The notes beneath the pieces were generated by a model that saw only the letters and a program-made list of their open reading frames with translations, was not told the DNA's origin and searched no databases. Position numbers and translations under genes: made by a program. A stretch of DNA of 64,000 nucleotides. Origin: Antedon mediterranea (Eukaryota; Animalia; Echinodermata). The stretch is taken from contig NC_092672.1 in assembly GCF_964355755.1 (NCBI RefSeq), positions 33,920,437 to 33,984,436 of the forward strand, given 5' to 3'. This document shows positions 13,201 through 27,262 of the stretch, piece by piece; within the stretch, counting starts at the first letter, position 1; every line of letters begins with the position of its first letter.

Positions 13201-16200
13201 AACAGAAATCGAGACGAAAAAACATGAATTTTCCTTAATATGGTCAAATACAAAATTTGGCAAAATTCTTCCATAAAAACCAGGAAGACTTTTTTTCAGT
13301 AGTTAGGTAGTTAACCTAATGTAATAACATGTCTGGTGACTCCCTAGACGGTGAAAAAAGATGGTTGATATACGGTGGATAATTTTTGCTATAGCATGAA
13401 AATAAAAATCTGAAGTTGAATAAAAATATCAGAAATGTAATATTCAAGTTATATTACCTATATTTAGTCATCTGATAACATTTTTTACCACACCTTTTAT
13501 TTTTCATAGCTTTTACTCTGTAATTTGAACTATTCCCCCACTGATAAGAAAGTGCTTATTTTCAACAAGCTCGTGTAACACAAATAAAATCTCAAAAATT
13601 ATGAAACATAGGGGAAACTATAGATCGATAATTATTGGAATGTATGATCAATATAAATTTTTTGCCCGTACCTGTCCTTTAAATAAACACAATCGCCATG
13701 TAAACTGTCTGTGTATATTGTATGTGTGTACAATGAATTGAAGGGGTCTTTGTGTAATGTTTCTAGAGTGGTTTTAGGATAGATATTTATTATATTTTAT
13801 AACGGGTGGCCATGACCTTAAGATTCTTTGCAATCTTATTTTGGTGACCTACCAGACACTGTATTACTACTTATATACTTATATCTTATTATTTGTCTTA
13901 CTTTGTATTAATGTGTGTGGTAAACAAATAAAACAAACAAACTGTTTGTTTTTACACGTGTTGCACATCTAGATAAAGTTAAGATGCTGTGGTTTTTTGT
14001 TTTTTTTTCTGGATTATATTTTTGTGTGACTTGTAGGAAATCCAATGTGGAGAGGCTGAAGTTGTCTTAACAGGTGGTACTGAGAACATGAGTCAGGCTC
14101 CCTACACCTTGAGAGATGCACGCTTTGGGACAAGGCTTGGAGTAGATCTCAAGGTAAACACGTTTTACTGTTAAAATACTGCATTTGAATGCTTATTGTT
14201 TGTTAAAACAAAAAACAAAAAAGTGTTTTATTCATATGAAATAATTTCACACTTGGATATAGATTCATTTGAAGAAAATCTAAAACTTAACAATTGTCAC
14301 AAATTCATTCAATTCAATTTATTCTTTATTTAAAAAAAGTGCATTAGAAAAAGTTGGTTTAGAAAATTCTGCAGAAAGGTGACACCTGCCTCCAGATCCG
14401 ACTGGTCTAATTGTACATGCACTGACAATTTATTTAATACTCATAATAAATTCAGAATTTTTTGGAAAATCAGATATTAGGGAGCAGCATATTGTGTTGT
14501 TAGTCGTCGCATGTGACGAACTGTATTGAGTAACCAAGTTTGCATGATGAATTAATATGACTTATTCTAGACATATTGTCAGAAATCTAAAGCTACCTAA
14601 ATTTTAGGAATGTATATGAAATGGGGATATCAGCTAACGAAGTGTGACATTTTCATTATCGTATTCGTAGCATTGCGAAAACCTCCCTAACGTCAATAAT
14701 TTACCCTTATTTCCAGCTTGAAGATTCTTTATGGGCGACTTTGACGGACATGCATATCAAAACGCCAATGGGAATAACGGCAGAAACGCTAGGAAAAAAA
14801 TATAACGTATCACGGCAGGATTGCGATGAATTTTCTCTCAAATCACAGCAACGATGGAAAGCAGGTCTAGTACAGGATTTTTATTTTTTTTTTTTTCTCA
14901 TTTTTTATTTATACTATGTTGTAAATAAATACAGTAGACAAAGCAGAGACGTAAGCGCAACATAATATGGATTATTATTGACACTTGCCACTTTCTTGCG
15001 TTGCGCTTACGTCCTTGCGTTATAATATATTGAGCTCTGATATATCTCTATATAAAGCTTTGTCTACACTATCAAACTTTATATGATAACACAATTTGAT
15101 GTGCCAATATATGGACATGAGGATGTAAATCATATCACTACCATACTTGGCCACATCACACTTTTTTTATTATTATTTCTTTAATCAGCTCAAGATGCTG
15201 GTAGATTTATTGATGAAATGGCACCAATTGAAATGATGATTAAGAAGAAAACGATTGTCATGGACACGGATGAACACCCACGTCCAGAGAGTACGATAGA
15301 GAGCTTAACGAAATTACCACCGGTTTTTATGAAAGATGGCTTGGTGTCAGCTGGAAATGCATCGGTAGGTTCACTTTACAAACATCTGAGTAAATAAGCA
15401 TTCTAAAATATTACTTTTGTTATATTGTATACAGTAGAACCAAAGATAGGTAACTGGGTGAAACGTTTGTAATCCATGGACGCCATTCTGGCAGACAAAT
15501 TTGAACCAGAATAAAGTCGTTGTCAAGGCAATATCGTACGATGTTTTGGTCAAAGAACGAAGTTTTCTAACCAAGCATGTCAATGTAAACACACAGAATT
15601 AATCTGAAAGTGTCCAGATCCCAAAGAAACTTTTATTTTACTTTGTTTACATAATTTTTTCCCTTTTCCATGAATCAACCCTCAAGATGGTTAACCACAG
15701 ATACTTCGAGGCGGACCGCAAAATTTAAACCATTTACATTCAAATCACAATAATTACCTGTCCGCCCGAATGGCGTCCATGGATTTACTGGGCGCGTAGT
15801 GTTATAAGATAGGGGCTTGGCAACAGTTACCTAATACATCTGGGACCAACAAAGTGTCTGTTTAATAGACAGGTCCTCTGAATAAATTCTCCCGTTAATA
15901 AAGGCTTGGCCGTAGTGTTAAAACATATACAGTATTTCTTATCATTCATTATGGAAGTGTCCCCTTAATAGGTAGGTCCCAAGGAATGGATAGTACCGTA
16001 ATTTCATATGTTACTTGAGTGCTCTTACTGTAGGTGAGCTTTTTTAATGAAAATGAGAAACATTTTTTTTATTGATACAGGCAATTCATTAGAAAGGTCA
16101 TAGGTTATATTGTCATGAATTTCAATACTTTTGTACATGTAGGGAATTTCAGATGGTGCTGGAGTTGTCATATTAGCCAGTGAGGATGCTGTTAAAAAGT

Positions 16201-16823
16201 ACAACCTGACGCCTCTAGCCCGTCTAGTAAGCTACCATGTGTCTGGATGTGATCCAAGTATCATGGGCATTGGACCTGCCCCAGCTGCTCGTCGAGCTCT
16301 GGAGAAAGCAGGCCTAGCTGTTGGTGATATGGACCTGTGTGAGGTTAATGAAGCTTTTGCTGCTCAATATCTTGCAGTTGAGAAAGAGCTAGGCCTAGAT
16401 CCTGATAAGACAAACACTAATGGTGGTGCGATTGCTTTAGGCCACCCAGTTGGTGCATCAGGGAGCAGAATAACAGCTCATTTGACTCATGAAATCAGGT
16501 AAATTATCAAATCATAGGCCTAAAGGTCACAAAATCATAGGCCTAAAAGTCACAAAATCATCGGTGCGGCATTAAAAAAAACATTTTCGCAAGTTATGAT
16601 TGTCAAATTACTATTAGTTATTTTGTTCTTTCCTTTCTCAGCTATATATTTTTTCGGGTGTCTCGGTTAGCGAAAAACATCAAATTTAGTGTACATTTAT
16701 TATTTTGAACAATTTTTTAATCCATTTTATTTTGGCAGACGCACTGGAGGGCGCTATGCACTAGGATCAGCATGTATTGGCGGTGGACAAGGAATTGCTG
16801 TCATTTTAGAAAACCTAAAATAA
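10270..16823 (+). CDS. ACAA2: mitochondrial 3-ketoacyl-CoA thiolase; exons 10270-10285, 11641-11807, 12316-12444, 14037-14153, 14717-14864, 15189-15364, 16143-16498, 16739-16823
   Basis: Starts [18 protein letters not shown]. Thiolase motifs [33 protein letters not shown] and SACIGGGQG are present. Introns are canonical GT-AG and in phase. Confidence 0.95.
10687..10792. repeat. inverted repeat (hairpin) of about 105 bp in ACAA2 intron 1
   Basis: AATCTTTCGAGTTAAAGTTCAGTGTCTCTCT ... AGAGAGACACTGAACTTTAACTCGAAAGATT. Confidence 0.85.
12545..12892 (-). mobile_element. older copy of the tRNA-derived SINE with a partial internal duplication
   Basis: Shares 'caagatgctctacata...caaag.cttatta..agtctttgggagtggag' with 44718-45023. 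Confidence 0.75.
12906..13132. mobile_element. high-copy MITE, TIR AGCTCTGTCTACACTATCAAACT, internal 21-bp ATATCACTACCATATTTGGGC repeats; other full or partial copies near 15056, 17985-18067, 18131-18228, 19419-19549, 21119-21265, 44424-44565, 46514-46625, 54960-55185, 62194-62405, 63973-end
   Basis: The TIR motif recurs, often flanked by TAA/TTA, consistent with a PIF/Harbinger-type TSD. Confidence 0.9.
13135..13678. mobile_element. TTAA-flanked MITE (Kolobok-like)
   Basis: TTAA|AGCTCAGGTACAGGCA ... TGCCCGTACCTGTCCT|TTAA; TIRs are imperfect. Confidence 0.65.
15469..15788. mobile_element. element of about 320 bp with terminal inverted repeats
   Basis: GTAATCCATGGACGCCATTC ... GAATGGCGTCCATGGATTTAC; no TSD seen. 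Confidence 0.6.
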
Positions 16824-17592
16824 ATCGCAATCTCAAAGAATAAAATATGAAATAATATAAAAATTAAAAATATAAATGATTGGAATAATATACTAAGCAA
16901 TAAACAGTTTGTGAAAATAATATAGTTTGCTCATTGTTATTTATTAAAAACATATTTCTATAAATATATTCTGACAAACATGTTTACAACGTCATAAAAA
17001 CCTAATATAAACAAAACAAAAATGTATTTACCTGGCAGTCATAGTGTCTACTAGAATATCAACAGCAATACTGTTTTTTTTTATTAATTTGTTTAATTTT
17101 TTTGTGGAGAAATACTTGGAAGACAGTGCAAATATTTAAAAAAAACAAATTAAATTTCTATTATTTATGTGCATTGTGATTGGTCAATGTTGGCATGAGG
17201 ACAGCCAATACCATTCTGTTATTAAGTTAAGCGCTAACTTTAGAACCCTACTAAATTCTGATTAGGCCAAATAAAATAATTTTGTTAGTTTCACATTTTT
17301 ACCAATTTGACATATTGAAAAATAATTTTAAATCTTGTACATGAAACGTGGCCTTACCCTATCTGTATTTGAGTATCCTAAATATTTTTTAAAAACTTTT
17401 TTGCATCGTATCTGAACTTCTACCCCTTTGTGGGCTTAGGTATATCCACTCAAAGTTAAAACGCAGTACAATTTTATTTATGTTAAAATAGATTTTTATT
17501 TTTTATTTATGTAATTCAATATAAATGATTTTTTTTACCTAGCATATTATATAATCATTTAAATAGAAAATTAATTTTATAAAATAATATCA

Positions 17593-20500
17593 TCATAGTT
17601 CCTCTTTTGGTTTCGTTTGGCTACCCTTTTTATATTTTGCTGAATTCAAGTCCGCAGGATTTGGCCGTGTTTGACGTTGAGGTTTAGGATTTTCTTGTAC
17701 GTTCTCTTTCTTTTCCTTCTTGCTGTCTGCCTTCTTGCCCTTTGGCGGGGTTTGTGTATGTTTTGTAGGGATGGTCTCAGCGCATCGGAAACCGAGATTA
17801 TCAGAGCCAGAGTCCGCAGTGTTACCCATCCTGTAGAAATAAAACTTTGCTTTTAAAAATAGAAACATTGATTGCCAGTTTAAATTGATTTTTTAATTTC
17901 ATATTCATTTCTTTAAACTGGATGAAGTATAGGACTGTTTTATTAAGGGGCCCAGTACAGGACCATCATCAGAATACCAGGAGGGTTAGTGATATGACCT
18001 CATCATGTCCATATATGGGCACATCACATTTTTTGTCACATAAAGTTTGATAGTGTAGACAGAGCTTTACACCATATCTACCTAGTTTAGGGTAAAAAAA
18101 ACCAGTTTGATGTATGTATATGTTATGTCATAGCCTTGTCTACACTATCAAACTTTATGGAAAAAAACGTAGTGATATGACATCATGTTCATTTTTTGTC
18201 ACAAAGTTTGATAGTGTAGACAGAGCTTTACACCATATCTACCGAGTTTAGACAACAAAATAGAAAGTGTCATGTATGTATATGTTATGTCATACTTACT
18301 TTGTTGTTACACGTGTCATGTGATTAAATGAGCCATCTTTCGTATCTATATAAGATCCACCACGTAAAACGTACTGTTTTTCACCTTGAGAAGGGTAAAC
18401 GGAAGACGTCCATTCCCATACATTGCCAACCATATCAAACATTCCTAATAATTAGAAATAATTTTATTTGAGAAACAAATATAGAGCTTGTCATGTTCTT
18501 TTGACTGCTTTGGCTTTTATACGCCTTCCTTGTAGCACATCACATCACACCCAGTCAGTGTCCTAATTATTTAATTGTGTTCTCTTGTGTTATCAATTTT
18601 TAGGTTTCATTATTTGAGAGTTTTTGCTGGTGTTTTCTCTGATAGGGTGCCCTTTATCAGTAGTAAATTGATATATTATTTTCATATTTTTAAATTTATA
18701 AAATAGTAGTAATAATTTTTCTATAGAAAACAATACCATAATCATTTTGAGCTGGATATGCGTCCACTGGAGCAACACCATGGTAACCGTCATCCTCACT
18801 ATTTTCAGATGGAAATTTTCCCTGTAAAATAAAAATAAAAAGTTAATTATATTTTGAACATGATATGGGTACTTTGTCATATTATTATTATTATTTTTTT
18901 TTAATGGAGTTATTTGGCTATGTTAGGAGAAATTGCGAAAGACTAGAGCATTGCAAACTGAGCAAGCGTGCTGTTTTTGTTACTACACACCTTTACCAAT
19001 TTTCTTTACAAACTTTTTGAAGATTTATAGTATTTGGTTTCATCAAAATCTTGCATTCAAAGACAATAAATCCAGTTAATAATGTCATTATTTATTTATT
19101 TGTTGCCGTACTTTACCTGCCAAATATTCATCCTGTTCTGTTCAAACCGGTTGCCCCAGGGATACTTCTTTCCCACTAGCCCACCACGGGATGCCACCTC
19201 CCACTCCTTCTCTGATGGTAGCCTCCAACCTCTCCACTGGCAGTATGCTTTCGCATCATTGAAGCTGACGTGAACTACAGGATAGTTCAGCCGTGTACTA
19301 ATGCTAGATTTTTTTCCTTCAGGCTACAAAAAAAAGCATGTTCTGAGATATTTTAGGCCTATTACTGGTAAATTTATAAAGTAAACTGATGCCAATCTGG
19401 GCTTGATGGTGATGTACGCTCTGTCTACACTATCAAACTGTGTGTGACAGAACTGATGTGCCCATATATGGACATGATGATATCATACAACTACAATATT
19501 TAGGCATATCACTACTGAATTTGAGCGCATCACACTTTTGATAGTATAGAAAAAGGATAGTAAACTAGTTTTGATCGGGTACATAATATTATAGGTGTAG
19601 CCCATCGTTTGTCAGTTATTCTCCTATGATCGATCGAAGACCATCGTGCCACCGTCATGAAAACAAATGCAATGTCTACAAAAGACGTAACAGAAAATGA
19701 TGTAAAATCAGTTAGAACTTAGATGATTTTTATTATTTTTTTATATGTCCATTCAATTACATTTTTTCAACAAATCATTTGTTTACCTGTCTCCAATAGG
19801 CATTTGGCACTGGTACCCACCAAGGGACACTCTGAAAATAAAATTTATTTTAAAAATAAACATAAATACTGGGATATTCTCTTTTCAATAATAACATAAC
19901 AGATAAAACTAAGATGTTTTTTTTTTTAAAGATGTACAAACAATATTGGCTATCAGCTGTTACATTCATTACAACTCAAAACCTTTTCAATCCCAATTCA
20001 AAGTTCAATTATATTCAGTACAATTTCTTTCCCGGATATTTGCTGTACATGTAACGATGTAATTTCTAAACTTACTGGTATGCGCTCTTCAATTGTGTTT
20101 TTTATTTCTGCTGGTACGAAAGCGTCAAATACAAAGCTCCATTGATAAACCTCTGCCTCAGTTTTAAATTTTTTTGCTCTTACAAATTTTCTGATAGATT
20201 GTATAACAAAAAAAATAATATTTTAAATATTAAAGATGTATTGTCCCTTGAAACACAAAAAAATGAAGGTCAAAATATTCTAAATTTAAAGTGGCCATAT
20301 CAAAGTAATATTAAAGTTATTCACTTTAAGTCAAAAATTTGAGCCAAAAACAACAAGTTTACGTAATTAACAGGTAAATTAGCTTGATTACATTTCATCT
20401 GGAAAATCGTCACGAGCGAAAGTAAACAAAGATTTCAAACCATGAGTACGCATTATGCATATGCTAAATTAGGATTGTTTACAACTCGTCACGGTTAAGA

Positions 20501-23500
20501 AGGTATTTTCACACAGATCATGAGGAAGTTTTATGATTATGCATACAGAGTAGCCAAACAAGCGCGTTTCATTATGGGATATGTTTTGATTGAAAACTTT
20601 GACTGGAAGTCAAAGTTATTTTTTTAACAAAAAAACGTCTGTATTTCAGTTAATTTTTTGTTTTTCCGAAAAATTTTTGGTGATAGTTAATAACTATTAT
20701 GATACTTCAAAATGACCCATCTTTTTTCAAAATCTATTATTTTTTATTTTTTTGGAATTAGTCAAAGGGACAATACATCTTTAAATAAGCAGAATTTTGT
20801 ATACTATTATCCCAAAATAAATGTTGGATTATTAGTGGAAATAATTCTGGTTTTGCCAGAGTTTCTGGTTTTAGAGAGTTCAGTTTCAGAAGAGTTTAAA
20901 TAATTAATATTTGTAAAATACGATGGGCCGATTTTTTTTTTTTTAGTTTAAATGATTCTCGACTCTCACACACACATTATAAAAAGTTTTTGAAATAAAA
21001 TAACATCATTGTTTTCTATGCAAAATAAGTTTGGCGAAAGTAGGAGATTTGTTTTTAAAAAAATATAATTAATTTGGCACAAAATGCATTGACACTGTGA
21101 GTCAAAGATGTGGACTAAAGCTCTGTCTACACTATCAAACTTTATGTGACAAAAAAATGTGATGTGCTCATATATGGACATGATGTCATATCAATACCAT
21201 ATTTGGGCATATCACTACCATGTTTGGGCATATCACTACCATGTTGGGTATATCACTACCATATTCAAATTATCCCCAGAAAAACCCTTACCTAAACGCT
21301 GCATTTGTTATAGGATATTTGTTTATTTTAAATGGTTTTACTGCCGTTTTTTTCTGGGCGGACTCTCCTGCCTTCTCGTCAACATCTGCCGAGCCTAACA
21401 AGAAATCGCCACCAGATATTTGCAACATTTCTTCGTAATGATCATATTCTGGGTCTGAGGACAAAGAATCATTCTCAATCAACTAGTAAGTTATTTAATT
21501 TTAATTTAATTTTATTTAATTTTATTTTAATCTAAACTATCATTTAAACAACTATTTATTAAAATGATAATTTATCTGTTTTTTTTTTTATAGTTTACAG
21601 TATTTTGTAAATGATTTCCATAAAAAAAATGTAATATTAAAGCTTTGATTTCCTGATTTAAAGCAACTATTTATGTGTTGTGACCAAAAGTTAAATAGCT
21701 ATATAATGTATATTTCTAGTACAATGACATAATTAATGTTGAACCATTGAATAGATGTTAATTGTTATAGTTCTATGAATTGTTTGCCATTGATTGTAGT
21801 ATTACATAATCATTATTAGTGTTACACAGTCTGTTTCAGCATTAATACAACCTGTTGCAGTTCAATAGATAAAGACAGCTATTAATTCTTTTGTTTTCAT
21901 TATAAAAGTTTTGGACTACAGTGAAAAATAATCCTACGTGGCTCTACACTGGTTTTAGTTCTTTTTTTTTTTTACTTTTTTAAATTTTAATGAGTTCCTT
22001 TATTTAAAAAGTACAATAAATTGTGTGCCCAATGTGCTCTTTATTTTATTAATAATATTAATTGATTTAAAAATGAAATTGTCTTTGTAGAATAATAGGA
22101 TTTTATTTAGTAATAATGATGGAATTCACAGAAAATATTAATTTATGTATCATGGTTATGGTATTAATTAATGCACTTGTCAATTGTATGACCCACTATA
22201 CGACCCCCGGGAGAGGTGCGTCATGGGTGCGTCATTTACAAATAATTACTGACGCAGGGGTGCGTCAAAAGGATTACGGTCGAAGCGGCCGCCAACTAAA
22301 GCGGCCGCTAGTTCAATAACGGTAATCTGTATGGAACGCCGTGTGCGCTTTGATTGTCGTTGTTTTGTAATCTTTGATTGTCATTGTTTCGACAGGTTTT
22401 CTTTACCTCGGACGTAAATAACAATCTACATTATTAAGTAATTTATTCTCTTTTTTTTACAGATTGAATGTGATACGCGTACGTTCTTTTAAACGAAATG
22501 GCGAATCGATGATTACTTATTTTAACTGTTCTAAATGATATACATATGTTTAATAAAGTCTATAAAATACATTGTGGTGTTTATATTGTATATTAATATA
22601 ATATAATAATAAGCCAATTATTAAGAATTATATTTAAATAAACCAATCAATAAAGTATATCAAAATATATAAATATATTAATAATTAAAAATATTTGTTA
22701 TTGTATATTAATTAATTAGTAAAGTAACTAGTAGTGTTCGCAATCATAATTTAATTACAATAACATAATGACAGCAATTTATTTAATATCCCTACACTAT
22801 TTTATTACTTCAGATATTTAAATATTGATCAATTGAAAATGAGTTTTAAATACTAAAATAAGATGAAAGTGTCTGTTTGATACGGTAATTAATTACGCGA
22901 ATTATTACGCGTGACGGCCAGCAATAGTGCTGCTGCACATTAGGTGCGCGTCCCATGTTGCTTTATTGAAAACACAAACAATGTATTACAATGGAATAAC
23001 ACTTAAATGTATAACACACCCTATTACTAATAATAAAAACCAAGATTCGATAGTACAGTATGTAAATGAGATATAAATATTCGGCAATACCGTACGTAAA
23101 TTATTATTCATTGCAATACTGTATAAAGATTCGATAGTATGTAAACAAGATATAAATATTCGGCAATACCGTACGTAAATTATTATTGCAATACTGTATA
23201 AAACTCGATAGTTAAATGTAAATGAGATATAAATATTCGGCAATAGGGCCTACCGTACGTAAATTATTATTGCAATACTGTATAAAATTCGATAGTTAAA
23301 TGTAAATGAGATATAAATATTCGGCAATACCGTACGTAAATTATTATTGCAATACTGTATAAAATTCGATAGTATGTAAATGAGATATAAAGATTCGGCA
23401 ATACCGTACGTAAATTATTATTATTATTGCAATACTGTATAAGGATTCAATAGCATATAAACGAGATATAAAGATTCGGCAATACCGTATACGTAAATTA

Positions 23501-24603
23501 TTATTGCAATACTGTATAAGGATTCAATAGTATGTAAACGAGATATAAAGGTTCGGCAAAATATATTTCGATATATGTATTAGTTAATAGTAAATACAAA
23601 TAAAATATACATTGATTTATCGGCAGGCAAACTTAATTATTATAGAAATATAAAGATTTGATAGTACATGAGTTGGCTTATATTTATTTAGCTGTAACTC
23701 AACTCGCCATAGGCCATGGCGTTGACAACGACAATCAAAGATTAAAGCGCACATGGCGTTCCATACAAATGACAATATTAAACTGGCGGCCGCTTCGACC
23801 ATACTCCCGTCAAAAAACCTAGATGGTACGTCACATCAATGGACAAGGTGTGTCAATGTCCGTCACTTTACCACCCACCAAATCATAAACAACATGGTAA
23901 CAGTGCGTCAAAATGGGTGCGTCATGGTCACCTAAGGTAAGTCACACTTTTGGTATGGTATTCAATGGTATGACGCACATCGGACAAATGACGCACCTCT
24001 CCCGGGGGTCGTATAGTGGGTCATACAATTGACAAGTGCATAAACGTCGCATAAGATCTATCTATTCTAGCCTTAAATATCATAATATTGACCTTATTTT
24101 TAATATTTAACCCTAAATAAATGAATTAATTTGGTTTCTGAAACAACAAGAATACAGGCCATACATAGCAGTAGTAGAAATTAAAAATTAAATAATATTA
24201 ATATAATATATTTAATTAGTTAGGCCTAAATTAATAATAATTGTTTTATGAAATTATTAAATCCATAAATATAAACAAGAATAACAAGAAATGTTTCATT
24301 TTATAGACACAATGACAGACCTATTAAAAATATAAGCTAAAATGTATCTAGGCCTAGGTTGAACTTTTCAAACAACGTACTCGTCATACGTGGTCGTCGG
24401 CGCGGTAGAGTCTAGAAAAAGTAAACAGTACCGGTGAAGTAAGTAAAGTCAGTCGGGGTTGGGAAAAACATGAAGATATTCGAGTTAATTAAAAATAATC
24501 TTAACAGTTCTCTGTACTAACCTGATGGTATTTTCTTTTCTTTAGCTGCATAACAAACGTAACATAATAGACAATGTAAAAATATTAATATATAAGCGTT
24601 CAT
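17593..24603 (-). CDS. SUMF2: inactive formylglycine-generating enzyme paralog; exons about 24603-24522, 21454-21292, 20190-20076, 19831-19787, 19323-19117, 18821-18737, 18444-18299, 17830-17593
   Basis: Hydrophobic signal peptide [22 protein letters not shown] motifs [32 protein letters not shown] and [38 protein letters not shown]. It lacks the SUMF1 catalytic CxxxxC segment and ends in KEEL. Confidence 0.9.
20234..20780. mobile_element. Kolobok-like MITE with TTAA TSD; solo ends also near 51206-51223 and 55460-55478
   Basis: TTAA|AGATGTATTGTCCCTT ... AAGGGACAATACATCT|TTAA. Confidence 0.8.
22172..24040. mobile_element. 1.87-kb non-autonomous DNA transposon in SUMF2 intron 1, perfect TIRs of about 52 bp, TAA TSD
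   Basis: TAA|TGCACTTGTCAATTGTATGACCCACTATACGACCCCCGGGAGAGGTGCGTCAT ... exact reverse complement|TAA. A sub-terminal IR GGTCGAAGCGGCCGCCA occurs at 22278 and 23784. Confidence 0.9.
23040..23560. repeat. tandem repeat of about 75 bp inside the 1.87-kb element
   Basis: About 7 copies of 'cgatagtatgtaaatgagatataaatattcggcaataccgtacgtaaattattattgcaatactgtataa'. Confidence 0.9.
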
Positions 24604-24969
24604 GTTTACCTCTTCCCCTTCGCAGCAGCAGACAGACCAAAAAATTATGAATGATGATCAAAATGTGAATTGTAAATTGCATGGAAATCACTCAAGCATT
24701 CAATTCCCTATGGCACGCCACGTGGGCATTACTATTACTTGCTTCATGCAAAAGCAATCATATAAATACAGTATTGATTCTCTGTTGGGATGTTGGTTTC
24801 TTGTACAAATATGGCAATTACATTAGAAAAATCTTGTTCCTTTTAGTGATAAGCAGGAATTTTATTGACTGACTATTATCTCACAATTTAAATACATAAA
24901 AGAATTATTTTTCTTTCTTCAATTGTTTTTTAATTCCTCATTATTCAGAAGTCCATTGTGCTTTTTATT

Positions 24970-27115
24970 CTAAACTTTCAGCAACATAGGGGGCACAATC
25001 TTCTCCACCATATCCTTGCCTTTTAAAGTCTCTACAATGCACAGTGCGAATTCAAAAGCTGTTCCTGGACCTCGACTTGTGATAAGCTGACCGTCCCGGA
25101 CCACGCGTTCTTCCGAGTATGTATACATCCCTAGAATAAAATTAAATAATTACTAATTTTGCTTATATATCGATCCTATACTGAAAACCAGATCTCCTCA
25201 AACTTTGTTTTACTGTTCAACATTTTCTGAAAATGGTATTATTAGGTAGTTTAATTTATTTATTATTGATTACATAATAGCCAGTTCAATAAAATATAGA
25301 TTTTTTTTTTTATTTAATTTGGTATTTGAAAATTATAAAATTGTTGTTGGCAGAAAATCCATACAAAAATTCTCCTAAAAACCACTTTGAATAGAAATTG
25401 TTTACATTAGTGACTATAATAGAATTTGGAATACCTGAATTAATGAGTTTTTCCGACACTCCTGGATGTGACGTGATGGTCTTGCCTTTTCCAATTCCAT
25501 GACTCAGTAGGGCTGTGGGACCTAAGATAAATTAAGACAGTTTTTAGTTTTAAAAAAAAAATGTGAATTTGCTCCAGTCATTTATTTAATAGCAACGATA
25601 CCCACCCCTGGTTGTTTTTCAAATGTAGTTGGAACCTTATGGTCATTTAATAATACATGTAATACCAAAAACTTGTATAACAAACAAATGGTATACAATA
25701 CATGGTATTTACCAAAGGTTGTGTAACGAACAAATGTTGTAACAGATGTAATATTACATGGTGATACACTAATGACCACGTAAATTCAATTTCCACATGG
25801 ATTTTGTTTCAGAATCCTCTACATAAAGCAAATAAATGAAAAATACAGGCATTTTATCCAGTTCTAATTTTGTGTGAATTGAACATGTCTGTTATTGACT
25901 ACAATGATGGATTGTTTTATCACATTTTGGTGGGTCAAAAGTCTTATTCATCCCCACACAGGTAAATTACACTGGATGAGAAGTGTGGTTATGGGAGGAG
26001 CCACCATGCTTCTCCAGCATCATGTGTTACGTACCAGCACAGATGGCAGCTATGGTTCCATTTTTGTTCTCCTGCTCTTTCAATACGATGCCAACAGCAG
26101 CAGACTGAAAACAAGCAACAAATGAGTAAACAAGCAAGCAAAATAATACATTTTAATTGTTATTATTCAGCAAAATATGATTATTCATTGTTTGTCTATT
26201 TTTTAGTCTTAGTTTATATCGTATTATGTAAGGACAATTCTACAGAAATTGTTTTTTAAATATATTTGTATTTATTGAGGAAATAAATATTTAAATAGAT
26301 GCATAATGACATGTGATTGTTGATGAATCTGTGGTTCTTTCTTTTTTTTTTCATTTTATTACCTCAGACAAATTCTTTGCACCGCCCCCGCCACCAGGTA
26401 AAATAATGACATCATACGGCCCCTGGAAAAGAAAAAAAACAGACAGAAAGAATAAATATAGTATTTAGTTATACTTTTACAGTACAGCTATGGAAATACA
26501 GTACAAATTCTCTGCCTAATGCATGAAATAATCAAATAAGGTGCAATATATTTTATATTTTAAGATATTTTAAAGATACACTAGTATTTTTAAGATATCC
26601 CCTTAAGTAGAGGTTCCACCATAGGACCATACCGTACCTCTTTGACTGCATCCTCAACACTTTTGTCTGGAACAATTACAACATTTCTACTGCAAGTTAC
26701 TGGAGCGATGCCTGTAAGACCTGCAACTGTGACATCAATCTGCAAAAATTATATATTCTTCTTAAACATATAATCATTATAAATTCATACTGCACAGCAC
26801 CGTATCCTTGTCTTTCAAGGGGTTTCTTCCTGCATACAGATCAGCTCTTTACAACTCCCTGGCTGCTGCATGTTGCAGCCATGCAGGAGGCAGAGCCATA
26901 ATTGCTCTGGCAGGCAGGAGGAACTCTGGTGCATGTGTCTAACTATATTTTTTACGGTATGTGTAGCCTAGCTTATTTATAGATAGTTATAGGAAGTTAT
27001 ACGGCGAATGCAATTTTAGAACAACGTAACGTACCTCTGCTCTTCGTAAAACATCAACAGGAATCACAGTTTCCATTTCTTCAGCTCCATCAGCAAGAAG
27101 CAAAAGTGCTTTCAT
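24970..27115 (-). CDS. PARK7: Parkinson disease protein 7 / DJ-1; exons 27115-27035, 26739-26638, 26422-26363, 26104-26035, 25521-25435, 25130-24970
   Basis: [62 protein letters not shown] (nucleophile Cys) and [14 protein letters not shown]. Confidence 0.95.
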
Positions 27116-27238
27116 GACGGATCTATCCTGTTATTGAAAGATTTGCAAACTTAATTAGCTAGTAACCTATTAAATTAAGTATTACTAGTAGGCTAGGCCT
27201 GATCCTTTCATCAACATCAACAACAAATCACCATCCAA

Positions 27239-27262
27239 GCCCCGCCCCTTTATGCAAATGAG
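27239..27262. promoter_or_regulatory. GC box plus octamer near the probable PARK7 non-coding exon 1 donor
   Basis: 'gccccgcccctttATGCAAATgagg'; a minus-strand donor CCAG|GTAAAC lies at about 27268. Confidence 0.35.
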
